Below are positions 1 through 11,350 of a DNA stretch of 64,000 nucleotides, in pieces. The position numbers and the translations under genes are program-made. This stretch comes from Takakia lepidozioides. Lineage: Eukaryota > Plantae > Bryophyta. The notes under the pieces were generated by a model. That model did no database searches. It saw only the letters and a list, made by a program, of their open reading frames with translations, and was not told where the DNA came from. Position 1 is the first letter of the stretch. Every line of letters starts with the position of its first letter. The stretch covers positions 24,304,001 to 24,368,000 of the forward strand of contig CM060734.1 in assembly GCA_030704615.1 (NCBI GenBank). Direction: 5' to 3'.

Positions 1-3000
1 TAGGGCTGATGCCACTGGAGTCATTCACGAACGTGCTCAGTCCTCAGCAGATGAAGAGGTGTGCTGAGAAGAAGACAAGCACATGGTACAGCTTGACAAG
101 GGAGGCTTTTCTTGACTACATGTACACTGTAAGCTTTTTGACACCTGTTTGCCTGTTGTTACTGCAAATTTTGTGAAGAAATTCCAGTGTTTGATTCTTT
201 TTACCTGTAATGTATGCAGCAAGAAATAGCAGAAACTGGATTGAAGGCGAAAGCAGAGTACTATGATTCCCACACAGAAGAGCAGCGGTCTGCAACTGGG
301 CTTGAGGACATGATGAAGTTCGAGATGAATAATCAAAGGAAGAACCTCATGAGTGCATTCGACAAACAGATCCGGATAGCAAACCCAGGTCTTGGCACGG
401 AATTTCTGGAGCAGGTGAAAGCACACTATGACAAGTATGGCTCCAAGCCAGAAATGACTCAAGAGAAACTACATCGCCTTTCCATTTCAATGGTGGACAA
501 TGCAACCAAAATCAGGTGGTTGGAGATATGGAATTCGGATCCTCTTGTGAGAGACACGAACATGTTCCCAACTCCAGAGAGGGACCCGAAGACACAAGCA
601 ATAAGAGTTGTTAGCGACCACACATTCGACCAGTGGCTACTCAAAGCCACATTCTGGAGCCAGGTAAGGTTTCCACCAAACCATTTTCAGACATTTGTGT
701 TGCTCCGTAACCTCTCCCAAATTCTTACGAGCTTTCTTGTTGCAGTTAGAAAAACGTGTAGTGGTTGCACTTGCTGAGTCGATGGCAGACTACAAAATCC
801 AGATGGCTTGCCCCCGGATTACACTGGAGGCCTATATTAGGAGATGGAAGCTCGCTGTCTAGAACAACTGCTTCTTCAGGGAGTTTGAGAAAGAGAAAGG
901 AATCTCCAGGTCTTACGAATTCAAAAACCAGTACAACAGCGAGCCAGCAATGAAGCGAGTGTTGTACAGGTGTGACCTCCTTGAATCAAAATTGGTGCTT
1001 GAAGGGCATGTTTCTGCAATCTTGTGTCGTTCTTTCCATAAAGAATTGCGAATTTGCAGTGCTTTGCGAGATCTCTGAGGGCTCTGCATGTGCAGTCGAG
1101 CAACATTGCGTTAACGCAAGGTTGTTTCCCATTGTCCTGGTTTCACTTACCTATACCTGGGTATCCCATAATGCCGTTTTTCTGAATGTGAAAGGGGATA
1201 AACTGACAGGAAAATCAGCCTTGCGTCAACGCAAGGTTGATGAAGTGGCAGGCTATGTAGCTTTTCCTGTGGTTTTGGGCAGTTCAAATCCAGTTCCAAT
1301 GCTGCCAAGATGAACATAAGACTGTTTGGAGTCGGTTTGAAATGCTATTTACAGCTTTCACTGTACCAACAAACAGACTTGCGTTGACGCAAGGTTGTTT
1401 GGCGGTATGGATTTCTGGAAATTTCCCGCAGCCATCCCCCGATTTCCATACAATTGTAGGAAACTTATCATTATCAGATAGCATTGACATGTGTTTCAAC
1501 AGAGGATTTCAACATTGCGCCAACGCAATGTTGAATATCCGCACCAGTACATAGTCAGATGGTAGTTTTCAGGCAGTGTTTTCCATTTCCTCTCTGAAAC
1601 AACCTTGCGTTGAAGCAATGTTGAATTGCGCTTCTCAGTCGTTGTCTCTATCAATACAACATTATCATTTGGTGTTCCCCATTTCTGCTCGAATGAACAT
1701 TGTGTCAACGCAAAGGTTGATTCGGGATTTCAAAAGTAGATTTCTCAGTGTTGCCTTCCTGCATTTCAATATCTTTTTCCGGATGTGTGTTCTTTTTCGT
1801 TTTCTGATCGAATGACTGTCTGGGTTTTTTGTGTGTGATTCAGGTATATGTATCATATCCTCATACCGGGAAAGTACCTTAGCGATGACCCAGACTTCAT
1901 CTATTCATGGGCTGACCCCTCCAATGACAAGACAATGTACACGGCTGGTATTGCCAAAGACTAGAGCAGGGCGCACTTCCGAGACTGTTGGTGGTACCTC
2001 GACCTGCCAAAACAGGACACTCCATTCGATGAAGTTGTTTTGAGAAACCTGAACGACAATGCCGCAGCGATTGCCCCATTGGCTGACAAAGACATCCAGG
2101 ACAGAATCATTTCGGCTTTGGATGCAAAAGAGCCCGAGAAAACTGCTACTCCAAAACGAAAGGGGAAGATTGTCGGGGATCCGAAGGGGAAGGGGAAAAG
2201 TGCAGCTCCGCAAGGACAGGGACCGTCAGAGGTTCTTGAAAGACAGCCTTCTCCCGCAAGGAGGGATAGGAGAACATCAAAGTCGAGGGAGCAAGTTTTC
2301 GAGGCGAGAGAACATCCCTCCAGGGTTTTGGGCCAGTCAATCGTAAGGTGCAAAATGAAAGTTTTCTTGCAATGATGCAGTCCAGGAAGTCCACATTCAA
2401 AGGGGTGCCCTCGAAATCATGGGACATGCTTGTTTCGTTCCTCACTCAGGTGAACTTATGTCTAAACTGTTGTATGAATAATTGTGTTTTGGCAGCTTGT
2501 TGTGGCTTGTCCAGGGGATTGATCTCCTGTTAGATTTGGATTGGGCTTCTTACACTGTCTCATGTTTTTGGCTGTAGGTCACAAAAAGTCCGGAATGGGT
2601 GAATGGAGTTCAGCAGGCATACGCGACTGACCTTGTGGTGCTGGACATTCCTGACGGTTTTCCTGTCCCTGATGTGTTTCCTTCCAATTCGACCCCGACT
2701 TGGAACAAATCGGATTCTCGTTACTGGCAGTGGGCTTTCTCGTTCAGCAACAAGTTCCTTTCGGACTCGGGGGCTCTTCTTCTCATGCAGTCAAAGGACA
2801 TGTCGGCTCGAAGAACTCTTTTCAGCTACATGAAAGCTTCCGGGTTTCGTGTCATCAAAACTTGGACATGCATCAATACTCTGCCTCTTACGAAGGGCGA
2901 GTTCCCGGGGCAGAAAGTGAGTTGGTTCCTTTCAATTGATGTTTCGTGGTTTTTCGGTAAATCAAAATGGTGGGTTATGTCTTCTGTCTCATGCTCTCTT

Positions 3001-3574
3001 CGTGATTATTGACAGACATGGGTGTTCGAAGCTTTGTGCCTGGTGAGGCGGAAGGACACTCTTCCTGCTGGTGTTGCTGAGTTTCAGTTGAGGGACCTTG
3101 CAGCTCACATTGACCCCACCTGCGAGCCTGTGGAGGATGATGTTATCTTCAATTACGTCGACCCGGGTCGGACTATGAAAAGGTCGATTGGTGTCCCTTG
3201 GAGAGGTGCACGGGAGAAATCTCCAGTTTTCATGCAGACTTTGGTGGAGACATGCAGCCGTCATGGTGGACGAGTGGTTGACTTGTCTATGGGCACAGGT
3301 GGGGCCCTTCACATTGTGTTTGACATATGGGCAGTGACCTTAGGGAAACCCTGTTTTTATTTCTCGTTCTTCTTGGATTTGCAGGAGCATGTTTTCATGC
3401 TTGCAAGAGCGCCGGAAGGCACTTCTTCGGCATGGAAGCTGATACGGAGCTCTTCTCAAGCGAGCTTCGTCAGCTTGAGTCGGGCACTACTTCTGCCCCA
3501 TCCACAGAGGGACTTCTGGAGGAGCCCGAAGCGCCTGACGAGGATCTGGACGTGGACTCCGATTTTGAGTGTGA
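1..3574 (+). pseudogene. Intron-containing gene (5' end outside window) with an unknown N-terminal region and a C-terminal beta-class N4-cytosine/N6-adenine DNA methyltransferase-like domain
   Basis: GT-AG exons at about 220-663, 746-969, 1844-2449, 2578-2916, 3016-3298 and 3385-3574. The spliced product has TDLVVLDIPDG (motif IV position) and later WRGAREKSPVFMQTLVETCSRHGGRVVDLSMGTG/ACFHACKSAGRHFFGMEADTELF (motifs X-I-II), the motif order of beta-class amino-MTases. In-frame TAG stops at 860-862 and 1962-1964 and a frameshift near 2280-2340. Confidence 0.8.
1101..1719. repeat. Array of six spaced 24-bp imperfect palindromes (consensus CAACMTTGCGTYRACGCAAKGTTG) inside intron 970-1843
   Basis: Copies at 1101-1124, 1216-1239, 1374-1397, 1510-1533, 1600-1623 and 1695-1719; the 66-134 bp spacers show no similarity to each other by eye. 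Confidence 0.9.
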
Positions 3575-3579
3575 GTAAG

Positions 3580-4305
3580 TGTCGCGGCCCTTTGCCTTGA
3601 GGGCAGGGGGTCGGGACACATGAGGGGCTGCCCCTGTGGTGGGGGCAGCGGCAGCGATAGGTATGGGGGGCTGAAGCACCCTTGAGTGCCCAAGACACTC
3701 AAGGAGGCAGAGGCGCTCACTAGGTGGAGCCCCGCACACCGGGTTGCGGTGGGGGTGGCTCCACAAGGGGTGGCGGTAGCTTAGCGGGACTTAGTGGGGG
3801 TGGCATAGGACTCACCATGGGGGCGGATACCTCGTGGTGGGAGTCGTGGGGAGTCTTGGGACTCATCACGGTCCATAGGGGCCGTGGTGAGTGGGCCAAG
3901 ACTCACCGCGACTCATCACCGGGAGTCGAGGGTTTTCGTGGTGGTTCGCCATAAAATGGCATGGCTGGTTGTGAAACCCCCGCGGACAGCTACAGAAGTA
4001 TATATAAGGGGGAGTAGTTACCCTGAGAATGGTGCAAGCCCGTTGGTGACCAAAACTAGTGAGTAAGCGAGCGAGCCGGAAAGCGACCAAAGAGTGGGGA
4101 GCTATTCCGGACTGCCATCTACCAAAGGGAATTCCACCAGGCCCAAATAGGTGGAGGGTTTAGGGAGAAGCGAAGGGGGACCGTTATGTCCTGGTGAGCA
4201 GCCGAAGCTCCAAGTTGGCCCGGGGCCAGGTTGGGAGTCAGGCGCGCGCATCAAAACGAGTAACTATGACTTGAAGGGGAGCTTACCGAAGTGAGGTGCG
4301 CGACA
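3580..4305 (+). repeat. 5' LTR
   Basis: Direct repeat of 9152-9877; five transitions found by eye; TATA-like tatatataag near 3999-4008. Confidence 0.97.
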
Positions 4306-4307
4306 CT

Positions 4308-4319
4308 TGGTATCAGAGC
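4308..4319 (+). promoter_or_regulatory. Primer-binding site complementary to initiator tRNA-Met
   Basis: TGGTATCAGAGC begins 2 nt after the 5' LTR. Confidence 0.95.
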
Positions 4320-4465
4320 TTAGAGTTCAGTACGCGATCGTCCTTGGGATTGGCCTCATCATGGGGTCGGGCAAATCGAAGCGAAAGCGGAACGGCCCAA
4401 AAGATGATGATCCTGGTGAGCCCGATGGGGGCGACGTGTCACCGAGGCGGCCGTTTTAGGGAGCG

Positions 4466-7400
4466 ATGCACATTTCCGAAAACGAGGCCGCTCAAGAGCG
4501 GGAGGAATCCGAGGAGTCGAAGCCCGAGGAATCCGTGAGAGCTCCAACCAACCAACAGATGCCTCCCATGCCGGCAGCCTTTTGGGAAGGGTTGTTGGCG
4601 CAATTTGGCGGGACGCTGAAAGACGTGTTGAGGGCGGCTAATGCCACTTCCACTAAGGCAAAGTTTAAGGTGAAGCCTAAGGAACCCGGCACCTTCGAGG
4701 GCATCCGAAATCGGAAGGCACTCAACACCTGGCTCCTGGAGCTAGAGCAGTACTTCCGGGCGGCCAAGTTGAGTGACGAGGATCGGGTGGAAGTGGCTCC
4801 CACCTATTTGAGGGGCTATGCTCAACAATGGTGGAAGAAACGCCTTCACGACCGAGGTCCAAGCCCGGAAACCTTGAACTGGAGTGGGTTCAAGGAATTG
4901 ATGAAGAGACAGTTTGTGCCCCTCAACGCGTCCTGGCTTGCCCGGGACAAGATGAGGAATTTGAAGCAAACAGATGACATTCGGGGGTATGTCCAGGCTT
5001 TCAATGTGCTGTTGCTCGAAGTCGCAGACATGGCAGAACCAGAAATGGTCTTCAACTTTGTGGCGGGACTGGCCCCATGGGCCAGGCGAAAGTTGGAGGA
5101 GAAGCCACCCAAGACTTTGGACGAGGCAATTGAGAGGGCTAAATGTTTCTCGGATGTCCCTAGGGTTGAGAGACAAGGCCGTACGGAGCTGAACCACAAG
5201 AAGACCCGGCGGGAAGGTGACTCCTTCCGACCGGAAAAGAAGTGGGATAGGCCACGCGGCGACAATGGCACGGGGAAATCGAAGGGAGGGCCTTCACACG
5301 TCAAGGCGGCACCCGGTGCTTCGAAAGGAAAAACGGGTGGAGCGGCTTATGGCGGACAGAAGGCGACCTTTGATGGAGTGTGTTTCAATTGTGGGGAGCC
5401 CGGGCACATGGCCAAGAAGTGCACGAAACCCCGACAATTGAACATGACTCGGGCGACCATAGAGCTGTCAGAAGATACCATTAGTCGCTTGGTGGAAGCG
5501 GTGGTCGCCAGGACTTGCAAGGTAGGCAAATATTCTTGTGAGTTGTATCAGAAAACTGGCACATTGCGTAAAGGGAGTCACTTATTGTTCGTGGATGGGA
5601 TAATATCCGGAACTAACGTGTCATTGTTGGTGGACACAGGAGCGTCGCACTCCTTCATGACACCGGCAACGGCACAAAAGCTGGGACTCCCAACAACTGA
5701 CGTAGGGGCCTCTATTGAGGTGCGTTCTGCCAAAAGAGAACCGCAATTGGCGACGAGGTTGGCGTGCGATGTTCCTCTTCAACTGGGGAGTTGGGAGGGA
5801 CGTGAGAACTTCACCGTCTGCGAGATCGATGGAGTGGATCTCATTTTGGGGATGACCTTTTTGAGCAAATTCGGAGCGGTCATAGATGGCCGCAAGAGGG
5901 TAGTCATGCTGCCATGTTCGAATGGTGGCGAGGTCTTACGAGTTTCGGAAACGCCCAAACCCATGGGAGGGCGAATAAACCTTCTGTCAGCAAGGGAGTG
6001 GGCCGTGGAGGAGCCACACGAGCCCCAGTTTTTGCTCTACATTAGAGAAGTGAAGGGAGAAGGCGATGGAGAGCCGAGCCCAGATTGGATCAAGGGGATT
6101 TTGGAGAAATACCATGATGTGATGCCGGAGGATTTGCCAAGCGGTTTGCCACCGCGAAGAGGAGTTGACCACAAGATTGAGGTGATACCGGGATCGGAAC
6201 CGCCTACCAAGGCGCCCTACCAGTTGAGCCACAGAGAGTTGGTCGAGCTGAAGACTCAGCTCAAGGATCTAATGTCAAAGGGGTACATTCGGCCGAGTAA
6301 GTCACCCTACGGAGCCCCGGTGCTATTTGCAGACAAGAAGGATGGGATCAAAATGGATGACAGAAAGGTGAGGGCGATCTTGGACTGGGAGCCTCCGACT
6401 TCGGTCCCGGGAGTGCGATCCTTCCTAGGACTCGCCTCCTATTACCGGAAGTATGTGAGAAATTTCGCCAAGATTGCGGGGCCGCTGTCAGACCTTCTGT
6501 GTAAATCTAAAGTCTGGGCATGGAACACCTTTTGCGGCCAAGCTTTTGCTGAATTGAAGCAGCGGATGGCGGAAGCTCCAGTCTTGAAAATCCCGGAGTT
6601 CGATCGTCCGTTCGAGATACATACAGATGCGTTGGACTTCGCGATCGGGGGTGTACTGATGCAAGAGGGACGTCCAGTGGCTTATGAAAGTAAGAAACTG
6701 AATGAAGTGGAGCGACGGTGGCCGACGCACGAGAAAGAGATGAAGGCGGTGGTGCATTGTCTTGAGCTTTGGCGCCACTATGTTGGTTCCAACCCAGTGA
6801 AGGTGTTCACGGACAATGTCACGGTGAAGTATTTTGCCACACAGCCCAAGTTGTCCCCAAAACAACTTAGGTGGCAAGATACTTTGGCAGTGTTCGACGT
6901 GGATATCCAGTACAAACCGGGACGAGACAACGTGGTGGCCGATGCTTTAAGTAGAAAGCAACAGCTCTTTTTGGTGTACAAGGGCGAGACGGCGCTCCAA
7001 AGGAAGATCCGAAAGGCTTGCCGGAAGGATGAGCTGGCGAAGTCCGTGACGCAGGACTTGAGGATGGGGGTTAAATCGCAGTTCCACTTGCAAAATGGAC
7101 TGCTTTGGTATAAGCAAAAGCGCCCCTACGTGCCAAAGGGAGGGATCAGAGATAGCCTCTTGAGAGAATGCCATGATAGCCCGCTTGCGGGCCACGGCGG
7201 AGCCAAGCGCACTGCGGCACTCTTGAAGAAAGAGTATTTCTGGCCCAAACTGAGGGAGGAGGCAGAGGAGTATGTCAAGACATGCACCACATGCCAACAA
7301 AACCGGAGCGAGTACAAAAAGCAAGCGGGGCTGTTACAACCCTTGCCGATTCCAGAGGGGACTTGGGAAAGCGTCTCGATGGATTTCATGACTGCTATGC

Positions 7401-8246
7401 CGCTGTCAAAAGGATTCGATGCAATCATGGTGGTGGTGGATAGGTTCAGTAAAATGGGCCATTTCATCCCCACCAAGGAGACGGCAACGGCGCAGGAGAC
7501 AGGATGACTTTACTTCGCCCACGTCTTAAAGCATCATGGAGTCCCGAAGGATATTGTCTCGGACCGCGATCCAAAGTTTACGAGTAAATTTTGGAGGGCA
7601 CTTTGGAAGAAGATGGGGACGAGGCTGAAGATGACTATGGAAAAGCACCTCTGGTGCCGACAAGTTGGGCAGCCCAGGACGTTGAGGAACCGGCAGTAGC
7701 GGCAGTACTGGAAGAACGCGAGCATTTGTTGAAGCTCGCAAAGTACAACATTGCCAAAACTAGGAAACGGTATGAAAGGCAGGCGAATCGGAAGCGGAGG
7801 GAAGTAAAGTTTGAGGCAGGCACGGAGGTCTGGTTGAACATCAAGAATTTCCGACTACCTCCGGAAGTGAGTCCGAAGTTCGTACCTCCGTATGCGGGAC
7901 CCTTTCGCATTCGGTGTATGAATTGGAGCTGCCGGCAAACAGCAAGGTGCACCCAGTATTCCATGTCTCCCTTTTGAAGCCTTACTTCAAAGATGAAGCG
8001 CGTCCGAATCGGCATCAAGTGTTGCGTCCGCCACCTATGCTGTTGGATCATGAAAATGAACCTGAGTACGAGGTGGAGGCAATACTTAAGTCGAGGAGGT
8101 TCAAGAACCGAGAAACGGAGTATCTCGTCAAATGGAAGGGCTATCATCATGTGGAGGCATCTTGGGTGCGTGCCTCAGAAATGGGAAACGCATCCGAGGC
8201 GGTTGCAGCTTTCGAAGGGCAACCTCAAAAGCGGAAGAAGCGTTGA
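4466..8246 (+). pseudogene. gag-pol polyprotein: Gag with CCHC knuckle, aspartic protease, deleted RT, RNase H, disrupted integrase, chromodomain
   Basis: CFNCGEPGHMAKKC; LVDTGASHSF; YGAPVLFADKKDG joined directly to IKMDDRKV (RT core missing); RNase H FEIHTDA..AIGGVLMQ; INT HHCC and SMDF; TGA at 7505-7507; frameshifting deletions near 7635 and 7912; chromodomain EYEVEAILKSR...EYLVKWKGY...ASW. Confidence 0.95.
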
Positions 8247-9139
8247 TGGGGACATCAACCTTGGAGCGTGGGGGAGGAAATGCATGCTTAGCCCGGCTTA
8301 GCTAGCTTAGGAATCCGATTGCAAAAACTTGTATTGTACAAAACGTGCTATAAATGAAATGGCTTCCAAATGTTGTGCGTCCTATTTTGTTTGGAATGGT
8401 GATGCATGGTATGGTTGGCTAGTGTGTAGAATGCATGCTAGCTCATAAAAGTGGGAGAGGTAAATTGGGTTAATCGTGTGTTTGCGTAGTGCCGAAATCG
8501 GGTGACCCCCATCCAAGGGACAAGGAAACTTGCGCCTTCTTTGGGAGTTCACGTGCTAGTGCGCACCTGGCGCGTGCGCATACTATAACTGCGCTACCAA
8601 GGGGGTTGCCTTGTAGTGCGGGCTAACGCGGAAGCTACGTGCTTCCGTTCACGTACTATAATCGTGTAGCCTCGGGACGAAGTCGTAGTGCGGCTTCGGC
8701 GTGTTCCCGTACCTCAGGCCAACATTCCAAGGTGGACCCAATTGTAGTGATTGGGGCGCACGGTTGGTTCAAGGTTATCTTCCTAGTCAAAGAGGGTTCC
8801 AGGTGAACCCTTGCTCAAGGCGATGCCAAAAGCGGCATCATGAGCGATCGCAAGCAATGTTGTTGCAGTAAGGCGATTCGATCCTCGGGGAGGATCGTTC
8901 CTTGGCCTTGAAGTAGGCCAAGAAGAGTGCACTGGGAGGAGCTGGAGAGGCTCCACCCTTGGCCGGGACTTGGAGGAAGTCGGCCGAACTAGCTAGTGGA
9001 GAGTAGAGTCAAGTGTGGGGTTTGGTTCTTTGCCATGGGACGCCATGGTGCGGAAACAAACTCCTTGATGTGGGACGCCACAACTTGGATGTTCGTTTCT
9101 ACAAAATGGACAAGTCGATGAGGACATCGACTCCCTGTT

Positions 9140-9151
9140 GGTAGGGGTGTG
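9140..9151 (+). promoter_or_regulatory. Polypurine tract
   Basis: GGTAGGGGTGTG immediately before the 3' LTR. Confidence 0.7.
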
Positions 9152-9877
9152 TGTCGCGGCCCTTTGCCTTGAGGGCAGGGGGTTGGGACACATGAGGGGC
9201 TGCCCCTGTGGTGGGGGCAGCGGCAGCGATAGGTATGGGGGGCTGAAGCACCCTTGAGTGCCCAAGACACTCAAGGAGGCAGAGGCGCTCACTAGGTGGA
9301 GCCCCGCACACCGGGTTGCGGTGGGGGTGGCTCCACAAGGGGTGGCGGTAGCTTAGCGGGACTTAGTGGGGGTGGCATAGGACTCACCATGGGGGCGGAT
9401 ACCTCGTGGTGGGAGTCGTGGGGAGTCTTGGGACTCATCACGGTCCATAGGGGCCGTGGTGAGTGGGCCAAGACTCACCGCGACTCATCACCGGGAGTCG
9501 AGGGTTTTCGTGGTGGTTCGCCATAAAATGGCATGGCTGGTTGTGAAACCCCCGCGGACAGCTACAGAAGTATATATAAGGGGGAGTAGTTACCCTGAGA
9601 ACGGTGCAAGCCCGTTGGTGACCAAAACTAGTGAGTAAGCGAGCGAGCCGGAAAGCGACCAAAAAGTGGGGAGCTATTCCGGACTGCCATCTACCAAAGG
9701 GAATTCCACCAGGCCCAAATAGGTGGAGGGTTTAGGGAGAAGCGAAGGGGGACCGTTATGTCCCGGTGAGCAGCCGAAGCTCCAAGTTGGCCCGGGGCCA
9801 AGTTGGGAGTCAGGCGCGCGCATCAAAACGAGTAACTATGACTTGAAGGGGAGCTTACCGAAGTGAGGTGCGCGACA
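9152..9877 (+). repeat. 3' LTR
   Basis: 726-bp copy of 3580-4305, followed by TSD GTAAG. Confidence 0.97.
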
Positions 9878-10005
9878 GTAAGTTCTTGTGTAGTCGTGCA
9901 AAATATGTTGCATTTCCTTGTGTCGTTCCCATTCAAGAAATAGTGGCTTTCGTTGTCTATATCTGGATGTTAACATCTACCACCATTCCTCTTCTTGCTT
10001 TGCAG

Positions 10006-10285
10006 AGTTCAGCACCAGTCATCGAATCAGCAGACACCTTTCGGTTTCCAAGGATACTACATGTCCCCGAGCCCCCCTAGATCCAACCGCTTGCCGGTTT
10101 ACGCGGAAGCTTGCGCACGGGTGTTATCCGAACAAACACTGTATTCGCATCTTCATGAAGGTCGTGGAAAAAAAAAACGTCATGGATGTGCTGTTGTATT
10201 CATAGATGATATTGCTGTAAACTCTGTAAGTGGTTCCTCTGAAACCTCCAATATTTCTTTAGGTTCAAGTACCGAGGCTCAATAA
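10006..10285 (+). pseudogene. Putative last exon of the methyltransferase-like gene, separated from it by the LTR insertion
   Basis: Pyrimidine-rich acceptor cttcttgctttgcag ends at 10005; splicing from GA|GTAAG at 3574 keeps frame (DFECE-VQHQSSNQQ...). The alternative is that the gene ends at TAA 3576-3578. Confidence 0.4.
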
Positions 10286-10719
10286 ATTGTGTTTTGGTTT
10301 TGCTTCCATCTCCAAACTGTTTTTCAAGTTCTTTGCGCGTTCCCGTAAGTACAGTTAGGGATTGCCTAGGATAGGTCTTCGGATTGCGGAATTGAAAAAT
10401 GTTTGTGTGTTGGAATGAATGTACTGCTTTGCCCAAAAAAAATGTTTGCTTTCAATATTCAGTTCTCTAGTGGGCGATCTCCTCATTCCAAAGTCATGAC
10501 CTCAATCATAATTCATCAGCAAACCTGCCATTGTTCTCGGCCACAAAGAATATTCATGTGGGGGCCATGAAGAGGGATAAAAAATTAGGACATAGGCGAC
10601 AGCTGATCCGCGGTAATAGGGGGGGGGAAGCACGGAATTAGGGCCTGAACACGTGGATGCTTGCTGACGTGGCGTGAGCCTAGCCAGGCTCACAGGCTCA
10701 CAGGCTCACGCGCAAGCAT

Positions 10720-11198
10720 TCCCCCCATTTCCGGTTCCTCAGACCCAGCCATTGCAGACTGCTCGGTCCAGTAGAGGCGGATTGGACAATTCTGCACATC
10801 CCACAATGCGATTTGGAAGAGTGAAGAGACGACACCCTCCCAACAAGTTGAATGAGACTCGGATTGCCAATGCTCTTGGGATGGCTTGCACTATTCAGAG
10901 CCCCGTGGACGTACCCCCACCCGGCCTTGGGCGTGTGTATCGGATGGCAACGGCCGGCTCGGCTGTACGCGACGATGTATACACAATTACGATTGGAGTG
11001 GAGCCGACTTGCAATTGTACGGACTTCTCGTTGATGGAAGCAAAGAAGGGTTCGAAGTATTATCCGTGCAAGCATCTGTATTACATTTACCTGAAGAGGT
11101 TGAGGATGAACGTGACTATTGATGACTTTATTCATGCACCGGCGTTGAGCGTGAACGAGCTGCACAAACTCCTCCTTAGGGATTCCAGAAATCATTGA
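10720..11198 (+). CDS. SWIM zinc-finger protein (MEKK1/ZSWIM2-type SWIM), 5' end uncertain
   Basis: VYTITIGVEPTCNCTDF...YYPCKHLYYIYLKRL...ALSVNEL fits the CxC-xn-CxH SWIM signature. Confidence 0.75.
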
Positions 11199-11350
11199 TG
11201 GGGCAAAGGGAATCCTCCATATGGATATTTTCAATTGCATTTTGCTGTATCAGACTTTTTTTTGCAGTGTAATGAAATGCACCCCAAAACTCCTGGAATG
11301 AGGCAATATTCCATTCAAACTAAGATCCAACAAAAGCAGTTGTGGGGCCA

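Larger units (their letters stand above)
3580..9877 (+). mobile_element. Ty3/gypsy chromovirus LTR retrotransposon with both LTRs, internally deleted (non-autonomous)
   Basis: Two 726-bp LTRs with TGTCGCG...CGCGACA termini, 5-bp TSD GTAAG (3575-3579 and 9878-9882), tRNA-iMet PBS, PPT, and gag-PR-(RT)-RH-INT-chromodomain order. Confidence 0.97.

Noticed and set aside
1101-1719. CRISPR array
   Set aside because: Spacers are long and variable (66-134 bp), repeats are degenerate, no cas genes are present and the context is a spliceosomal intron; kept only as a palindrome array.
1-3574. Bacterial contamination as source of the methyltransferase
   Set aside because: The gene has spliceosomal introns and is interrupted by a plant LTR element with a TSD.
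3456-4090. Short ORFs duplicated at 8989-9662
   Set aside because: They lie in the GC-rich LTRs and are duplicated only because the LTRs are.
10674-10720. Start of the SWIM ORF as given in the ORF track
   Set aside because: This part runs through the hairpin block, which looks like a separate insertion; the real 5' end is unknown.
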